Shown here one piece after another: positions 58,174 to 64,000 of a stretch of 64,000 nt of DNA. The position numbers and the translations under genes are program-made. Below the pieces are notes generated by a model. That model was not told the DNA's origin. It saw only the letters and a list, made by a program, of their open reading frames with translations, and made no database searches. Location of the stretch: positions 1 through 64,000 of IMG/VR virus record IMGVR_UViG_3300028735_000004. The stretch is one strand, 5' to 3'. Numbering within the stretch: the first letter of the stretch is position 1; the number at the start of each line of letters is the position of its first letter. Source of the DNA: a virus. Taxonomy: Duplodnaviria > Caudoviricetes.

Positions 58174-58475
58174 CTAAACTTTCCATCGTATTTAGGGCCG
58201 ATGATATTGGCCATTAATTTTTCGTTTTTATAAACTTCTTTTTTAAATGACGCTATATCTTGTTTTAATTTTTCTTTTGATTCTTGAGCCCCTAATTCTA
58301 CTTTACCCTTACCAGACCCACCACTTATTAACTTTTTTACAGGAATACCAGGCGTTCCTTCTTTTTCGCAATGAGGACAAAAATTAATTTCTGCTTTGAT
58401 AGAATGAAATTCCTCAAATTCTCCGTGATTTTTTTCTTTATCTGGATTTAAACATTTGTATTCATAAGTTGGCAT
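58170..58475 (-). CDS. FmdB-family zinc-ribbon protein (second)
   Basis: MPTYEYKC...CPHC...KKLIS. Confidence 0.8.
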   Translation of the reverse strand: MPTYEYKCLNPDKEKNHGEFEEFHSIKAEINFCPHCEKEGTPGIPVKKLISGGSGKGKVELGAQESKEKLKQDIASFKKEVYKNEKLMANIIGPKYDGKFR

Positions 58476-59173
58476 TATTTTTCCCTATTAATCCAATCAC
58501 TTTCCCATATTGATATAACCTTGTATCCAGCTTTTTTCAAAATTTTTTCTTTTTTAATTGTTCTTTTATACAATTCTCCGAAGGTAGTGCCGGTTTTGCT
58601 ATTTATTTCGTTTTTATCATATATTTTAGGATTTCCGTGCCAAAAATCCCCGTAAAATTCATAAACTGTATTGGTTTTAGAATCAAATCCATCTACTTTA
58701 TATTTTTTATTATTTATCTCTAATATTGTTTGCCTATTTTTCTTTGGTATTTTTAATGAATTCAACCATAATGTTTCTATTTTAGATATAGATTTATTTG
58801 AACATCTTGGACATCCTTTGCCTCTTAAATGATTTCTGGCAATTTGTTCAAACACCCCATGAATTAAGCATTTTATATTAACTTTTTTATGAGCAGATAA
58901 ATAATTTACCAAACTATAATCATATTTATTTTTATGAATTTTTTGAGCCGCGTTAATAAACTGACTATTTGTTTTTCTTTTAGTGCCATAGCATTTAGGG
59001 CATCCGTGACCCGCCAAATGATCTTTTGCTATCTGCTCAAATAATTTATGTTTTTTACATCCAATTAAAATTCTGGATCTTACGCCTTTATACACTACGA
59101 AAGTATAAATGTATTGATTTTTATGAATTATATTCGCTCTTTCAATAAATTCTTTTTGAGTTATTTTTTTCAT
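58475..59173 (-). CDS. Putative homing endonuclease (Zn-repeat DNA-binding units plus a PD-(D/E)xK/Vsr-like nuclease)
   Basis: Two F..A..IH..KY.Y...C..H..F.Q....HL.G.GCP.C repeats; KVDGFD...VYEFYGDFWHG. Confidence 0.75.
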   Translation of the reverse strand: MKKITQKEFIERANIIHKNQYIYTFVVYKGVRSRILIGCKKHKLFEQIAKDHLAGHGCPKCYGTKRKTNSQFINAAQKIHKNKYDYSLVNYLSAHKKVNIKCLIHGVFEQIARNHLRGKGCPRCSNKSISKIETLWLNSLKIPKKNRQTILEINNKKYKVDGFDSKTNTVYEFYGDFWHGNPKIYDKNEINSKTGTTFGELYKRTIKKEKILKKAGYKVISIWESDWINREK

Positions 59174-60540
59174 TAATCACTTAAATAAGAACTAATATCG
59201 TCTGGATTTGATCCTTCAACAAATTGTTTATCTATCATAGCGCAACAAGATAAATCTTTATGAAGCTTAAATGCACCAAGCTCTGTTCTACGAGATTTGA
59301 TTAAATGAAGGCTTACATCCGTACATTCTTGTTCATTTTTACGCTTTTCTATTTGAATAACGAAGTTTGCGTTGTGGGCTATCTGTTTGCTTCTTGAAAT
59401 ACGATGCAATCCTATGGCAGTTTCTCCAGGCTTTGGTTGTCCTATATTGTTTAACTGAAATGCACTTAACATAACAACATCGTGCACCCTACCAAATTCG
59501 TGAAGTTGCTCACTAATTTTTGCATATTTTAACCAATCCTCTGTTTCGGTACCTTCATAATCCATTAAACCCAAATAATCGACTACAACAACAGATGGTT
59601 TTCTTCTACGCATACAAACATCATTAAATATTAATTCTATAGTTTCAATGGTTGCGCCACGAGGTACATCAACAATTTCTAAATCATAAGGATATCGATC
59701 TATAAATTTAAGCGCCTCTGACATTTTTGAACTTTCTTCATCATCTAATTTGGCGTCTCTAATTTTTTTCTGAGGAACCATAGCCAATCTTGAAACCATA
59801 CGATCTTGACAATCTTCTAAAGGCATCTCTAAAGAAAAATATAATACATCACAACCTTCTTTAAAATTTTGCTCCATCTCTATAGTGTTGCCCTGAAGCC
59901 ACATATTGATAGCCATATTCATCAATAACATAGATTTACCGGAGCCGGTTTCGCCACCTATCAGCATTAACTCCCCGTTCCTTAAGCCTCCTAATGTAAA
60001 ATCTAACCAGCTCAAGCCAGTCAATGTACCGATACCAAAATTAGGATTTTCTAATTTAGCTCGATATCGCATTTTAAAATCTCTCAAACCTTCTTTTAAG
60101 GTAGATTGATTATATGCTTTAACACTATCTAATCCTTTAATATTTTGTAAAGTATTTTGAATTTCATTGACATTTTTACTAATATTGATTTCGTTAGATA
60201 AACTCTCTCTTAATTTATTTAATAACTGCTCTGAAAATCGATTTTTAAATTTTTCAAGATCATGCACATATTCGGTGTCATCGTATTGAACTTTATCTAA
60301 CTGATCTAAAATATCATTTATATATTTAATAAATGTTTCATTTTTTGACGCTAAGGCTTTTTCTTTTAAAATTCTATTTGTTGGAACATTTTTATATATT
60401 CTTAAATAGTCAATTACAGTTTTTGCAAATCTTAAATATTTGGGTGCAAATATATTTTCTTTAAATTGACTGGCAAACTCCAAACCATATTTTTTGTTTG
60501 TTGTTAATACTTTAAGAATAACTAAATCTAAGTCGTGCAT
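59173..60540 (-). CDS. dnaB: DnaB-like replicative helicase
   Basis: GETGSGKS, YFSLEM, VVVDYLGLM, SAFQLN and IAHNAN. Confidence 0.9.
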   Translation of the reverse strand: MHDLDLVILKVLTTNKKYGLEFASQFKENIFAPKYLRFAKTVIDYLRIYKNVPTNRILKEKALASKNETFIKYINDILDQLDKVQYDDTEYVHDLEKFKNRFSEQLLNKLRESLSNEINISKNVNEIQNTLQNIKGLDSVKAYNQSTLKEGLRDFKMRYRAKLENPNFGIGTLTGLSWLDFTLGGLRNGELMLIGGETGSGKSMLLMNMAINMWLQGNTIEMEQNFKEGCDVLYFSLEMPLEDCQDRMVSRLAMVPQKKIRDAKLDDEESSKMSEALKFIDRYPYDLEIVDVPRGATIETIELIFNDVCMRRRKPSVVVVDYLGLMDYEGTETEDWLKYAKISEQLHEFGRVHDVVMLSAFQLNNIGQPKPGETAIGLHRISRSKQIAHNANFVIQIEKRKNEQECTDVSLHLIKSRRTELGAFKLHKDLSCCAMIDKQFVEGSNPDDISSYLSD

Positions 60541-60558
60541 TATGCCTCGTATATATAC

Positions 60559-61599
60559 TTACTGTTTAATACTTTTAATATCTAATTTATCATTATATAA
60601 TGTAATAATCCACTTTCCAATTCCTTTAACAATATCTCTATCTTTTGTTTCAATAAAAATTTTAGCAATTTCGTGTTTTAAAATTGGAATATCGACTTGA
60701 GCATTTGGTTCTGAACTTTGTGGATCCATTAACGAAATAGTAGGATTTTTACCATCATTATTATAACTCAATAAAGTATATTTATTTTTAATTAAATAAT
60801 CCTTTATTAATTCTTTAAACTTATTGTTTGCCTGAGAAATTGCAACCCTATGATCTTTTGCAAAAACTGGTATAATCTCAACTCTTGACATTAAGCTTTC
60901 TATACTGCCTTTTATGGGACCATCAAAAGCCTCTACTGGATTTGGCGAATTACTACACAAAATAGTCGGAAGTTTATTTTGAGATCTGTTTCTTAAAATA
61001 TGCTCAAGTGTTTTTCCAAATAAATCGGCAGTATTTGCTGTTCCAATATAACGACTATCAAATTCATCTATGACGAGAAAATCTATAGTCATCAATTCTC
61101 TTCTTGCCGCATTAACCTCATCATCATATGTGGTTAAAATATTAACAATATCAGTTAATGTTGTATATAGACAAAGATAATTTTTATGACAAGCTTTTTT
61201 AAGAATAGATGTAGATGTTAGTGTTTTACCTACTCCGTGTGGACCCGCAAGACATATAGATTTTCCATCCATATATACTTTATCTAAATCTTTAACTGTA
61301 TCTAAATAAATTTTTAATAATTCTTTTGGCCCAACAAAATCCTTTACATCTTCAAGATTATTTGGCATAGAAAGGTGCCAATACTCTAAAGGTATATTAC
61401 TTTCAAAATATCTTGTAAAGGCCGTTATTTTTACGCCACAATCTGGACAAACGCCTTCATTTACCTGTTCTATTGTTTTGAACTTTTTTGCCGAACAATT
61501 TTTGCAACTCTGAACCAAGTCCAATATCTTGTTGTGCAACTTGCGATCCGGTATGTTGCATAGCGCCTTCGCTCTTGATATTAATAAACGGTAATCCAT
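60559..61599 (-). CDS. DnaC/IstB-like helicase loader ATPase
   Basis: N-terminal CKNC...CPDC; GPHGVGKT; LVIDEF; R..NKLPTILCSN. Confidence 0.85.
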   Translation of the reverse strand: MDYRLLISRAKALCNIPDRKLHNKILDLVQSCKNCSAKKFKTIEQVNEGVCPDCGVKITAFTRYFESNIPLEYWHLSMPNNLEDVKDFVGPKELLKIYLDTVKDLDKVYMDGKSICLAGPHGVGKTLTSTSILKKACHKNYLCLYTTLTDIVNILTTYDDEVNAARRELMTIDFLVIDEFDSRYIGTANTADLFGKTLEHILRNRSQNKLPTILCSNSPNPVEAFDGPIKGSIESLMSRVEIIPVFAKDHRVAISQANNKFKELIKDYLIKNKYTLLSYNNDGKNPTISLMDPQSSEPNAQVDIPILKHEIAKIFIETKDRDIVKGIGKWIITLYNDKLDIKSIKQ

Positions 61600-61933
61600 A
61601 TTCTACTTTCCTAAGTCCGTCAGGTTGATGAGTTTTTAATTTTTGTTCTATCTCTGCTTTTTCTAATTCTATATATTGTTTTTTAAGTTCCGCTAATTTT
61701 GGAATATCTTCTGGTTTGACTGCTTTTTCTTGTATTTTATCTATTTGTTGAACAACATAATCAAATATTTTATAAAACATAACATCATCTAATGTTTTAT
61801 TAATAACTATAGTAGATGCGTTTGATAACGATTTCAAAATACTTTTATTATCTGACCAACTTATAACTTCTCCAGATAATTGAACTCCATTTTTAAAAAC
61901 AACTAAAACTTGCTGGCCTTGTTTTGGTGTCAT
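61457..61933 (-). CDS. Hypothetical protein
   Basis: 158-aa ORF, ATGA-coupled to the upstream gene. Confidence 0.65.
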   Translation of the reverse strand: MTPKQGQQVLVVFKNGVQLSGEVISWSDNKSILKSLSNASTIVINKTLDDVMFYKIFDYVVQQIDKIQEKAVKPEDIPKLAELKKQYIELEKAEIEQKLKTHQPDGLRKVEYGLPFINIKSEGAMQHTGSQVAQQDIGLGSELQKLFGKKVQNNRTGK

Positions 61934-62541
61934 TTTAAAGTATCCAAAATATTTAAATCAAAACCATTTAAAATCAATTCATCAAATAGTTTTTGATATG
62001 GTTTTGCCGAAGAATAATCATTGCCTTTTTTAAGAAAGGCAAGATCTCCGTATGTAATTATATCAGCGTTGTATTTATCTATAATTTGTTTATATTTAAT
62101 AGATATCTTGGTGGTCCGATCTATTTTATTTTGCATTAAAAATTTAAACTTATAATCATTCACCAAATCTAAATTAGTCAAATATCCTATTGATGTAATA
62201 CGCTTTTTTCTTTCTTTAACTTTATCTTGAAATATCCAATCAATATAATTTTTTAATACTTGTGGATCCCTACTAATCATACTCGCAAGTTTTTTAAATT
62301 GAAATACCTCATATGATTTTGAAGGAGCTGTATTATTAAATTTAAATGTATAATCTAAATTATAATATTCTTTATACTTTAAACAAAAATAACCAATAAT
62401 ATGAGTTAAGCTCCATTCTGATAAAGGTTTTTCTTTTATTTCGGAAAATTGTTGAAAAAACTTTTGATATGCCGGTGATATTTGTTCGTTTAATGATAAA
62501 TTCATTTTTTTATCTTTCATCTTTAATCCAATGAACCTCAA
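61930..62541 (-). CDS. Hypothetical replication-cluster protein
   Basis: Lies between the SF2 helicase and the loader. Confidence 0.7.
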   Translation of the reverse strand: MRFIGLKMKDKKMNLSLNEQISPAYQKFFQQFSEIKEKPLSEWSLTHIIGYFCLKYKEYYNLDYTFKFNNTAPSKSYEVFQFKKLASMISRDPQVLKNYIDWIFQDKVKERKKRITSIGYLTNLDLVNDYKFKFLMQNKIDRTTKISIKYKQIIDKYNADIITYGDLAFLKKGNDYSSAKPYQKLFDELILNGFDLNILDTLK

Positions 62542-63997
62542 AACCAGGCTCTGAAGAATAAATTTTATATCTAATTTTAGAGTGATTTCTTAAATATTTT
62601 GCATCATCAAAAAAATCAACTATTGCTACTTGATTTTTACCAGGATATTTTCTGATAACTCTACCTACTCTTTGTAATGCTTTAACTGTGCTCTTGCCAC
62701 CACTTGCTAAAATTAATCCAGATAGACTTGGAACATCTACGCCAATATCATATATCCTTGAAGCTATCACAACATCAATTTCTTTATTTAGTAATTTTTG
62801 TTTTATCTCATCTCGTGTTTGACTATCATCTTTACCAGATAGTAGCGCACATTTCAAATGAGGAGATATAAGTTTATATAAAATATCTCCGTGCTTAATT
62901 GTATTAAAAAGCACAAGAGTTTGATATCCTTTTTCTTTAAGTTTAATTGCATATTTTAAAATTAAACCATTTCTTTGCATATTTTCAACTATATAATTTT
63001 GATATACAGATTGATAAGTGCGTCCTTCCGGATCTAATAATGGAGCTACTTTAACAAATCTAATAACTGGTTTTGCTAAAAATTTTCTATTAATTAATAT
63101 CGAGGCTGGAATATCCATTATATATTTTCCAAGAATAGCCTCAATCATTAAATCTTGATTGTCATCTCGCCAAGGAGTTCCACTTAAACCATAGATATGT
63201 TCTGGATTAGAATATTTATAAATTTTTTGAATTGTATCACAGGCACAAATATGACACTCGTCTAAAAGATGCACTTTAACTTCTTTTAACATTTTTAAAA
63301 TATCTGCATATTTTGTTTTATCAACTTTTTCATCTTCATCATTGTCAAGAAGAATATCTTTCTTTTTAATACCGAGAGCTTGGCCTACTGTCCAAATACT
63401 TGCTATATTAAATTTGGCAATTTTGCATTGACCATCGCCTATTATACCAACCTGATCTTCTCCAAAAATTTCAACAAATAATTGATAAAATTGATATAAT
63501 AAATCTTTACCGATAACATATAAAATTGTTGATTTACCAAAATGCGCTGTCATTAATGCGGCAATTAAACTTTTGCCTGCTCCAGTGGCCGCCCTAATAA
63601 TTCCACGATCATATTGTTTTATTTTATCTAACACTTGCAGCTGATAATCATAAGGCTCTTTACCTATTGATTTTAATTTATCAGTAATATTTAATGGTAT
63701 GCCTACACTTTTGGGTTTTGAAATGTTCAAAACCTGAACCTCCCTACCATTTTCTTTATAAAAATCAATAACCCTTTCGAGCAAGCCGGATGGAAAAACT
63801 AATTTATTAGTTAATATTCTCTTAATGCCATCCCATTTATAAAATTTTCCATCTGGGCCATAAGTTCCCCTAAATGCTGGTGTATATTCTGCGCCTGCAA
63901 CTTTAAAAGAAAGATGTTTATCTAAAGATTTAAGAAAACTCCAATCTTTTTCTCCATCTATTTTGCAATATTTATTATTAACTAATATAGTAGCCAT
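62510..63997 (-). CDS. Superfamily 2 helicase (UvsW/ResIII-like)
   Basis: AATGAGKS, LDECH, GLSGTP, IYDIGVDVP and QRVGRVIR. Confidence 0.92.
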   Translation of the reverse strand: MATILVNNKYCKIDGEKDWSFLKSLDKHLSFKVAGAEYTPAFRGTYGPDGKFYKWDGIKRILTNKLVFPSGLLERVIDFYKENGREVQVLNISKPKSVGIPLNITDKLKSIGKEPYDYQLQVLDKIKQYDRGIIRAATGAGKSLIAALMTAHFGKSTILYVIGKDLLYQFYQLFVEIFGEDQVGIIGDGQCKIAKFNIASIWTVGQALGIKKKDILLDNDEDEKVDKTKYADILKMLKEVKVHLLDECHICACDTIQKIYKYSNPEHIYGLSGTPWRDDNQDLMIEAILGKYIMDIPASILINRKFLAKPVIRFVKVAPLLDPEGRTYQSVYQNYIVENMQRNGLILKYAIKLKEKGYQTLVLFNTIKHGDILYKLISPHLKCALLSGKDDSQTRDEIKQKLLNKEIDVVIASRIYDIGVDVPSLSGLILASGGKSTVKALQRVGRVIRKYPGKNQVAIVDFFDDAKYLRNHSKIRYKIYSSEPGFEVHWIKDER

Positions 63998-64000
63998 TAT

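Noticed and set aside
3903-60700. Short antisense or off-frame ORFs inside larger genes (e.g. 9650, 10111, 11538, 14128, 17024, 21637, 23187, 24334, 25580, 28320, 30724, 31144, 31351, 32432, 40991, 41047, 44344, 47488, 49920, 53755, 56150, 57267, 57578, 59906, 60494)
   Set aside because: They are fully overlapped by well-supported genes and have no recognisable motifs.
1-64000. Eukaryotic giant virus (NCLDV) or bacterial chromosome origin
   Set aside because: SD sites, sigma70 promoters, a sigma factor, DnaB/DnaC, IF-1 and ATGA coupling indicate bacterial expression. The dense orphan arrays, fibre genes, HEGs and inteins, and the absence of rRNA or ribosomal-protein operons, indicate a phage.
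1-64000. tRNA or rRNA genes
   Set aside because: No cloverleaf with a T-loop GTTCRA and acceptor stem was found by eye. The GTTCGATT in class B promoters lacks tRNA stems. tRNAscan-SE or ARAGORN would be decisive.

Overview
Fragment of a large (jumbo-type) dsDNA bacteriophage genome in the standard genetic code. No rRNA, tRNA or CRISPR array was seen. (1) 1-~2740 is visibly GC-richer than the rest. It holds two leftward genes with SD-like starts, a tandem array of six leftward sigma70-type promoters, a strand-skew switch with polar GGTAGG motifs and a 4x28-bp tandem repeat, so it looks like an early/origin/terminus region. (2) ~2740-20400 is a very AT-rich accessory region. It is dominated by about 20 small, translationally coupled genes, mostly with CxxC motifs, that share a basic-hydrophobic C-terminal tail (K-x-x-K-[YFL]-x-x-[LI]-[LI]-stop). 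It also carries an atypical protein kinase and a decayed kinase paralogue. (3) 20400-41000 covers nucleotide metabolism and host takeover: M20/M28 peptidase, dUTPase, HD nucleotidase, two DEDDh exonucleases, IF-1, intein-containing IMPDH/GMP reductase, ThyA, DHFR, methyltransferase, FAD oxidoreductase and decaying homing endonucleases. (4) 41000-48200 encodes modular virion/tail-fibre-like proteins. (5) 48200-64000 encodes MetAP, PIN-PhoH with a class-3 intein, class II RNR with an HNH intein, a sigma factor, two FmdB zinc ribbons, DnaB, a DnaC-like loader and an SF2 helicase. All functional calls come from motif recognition by eye; no database search was run.
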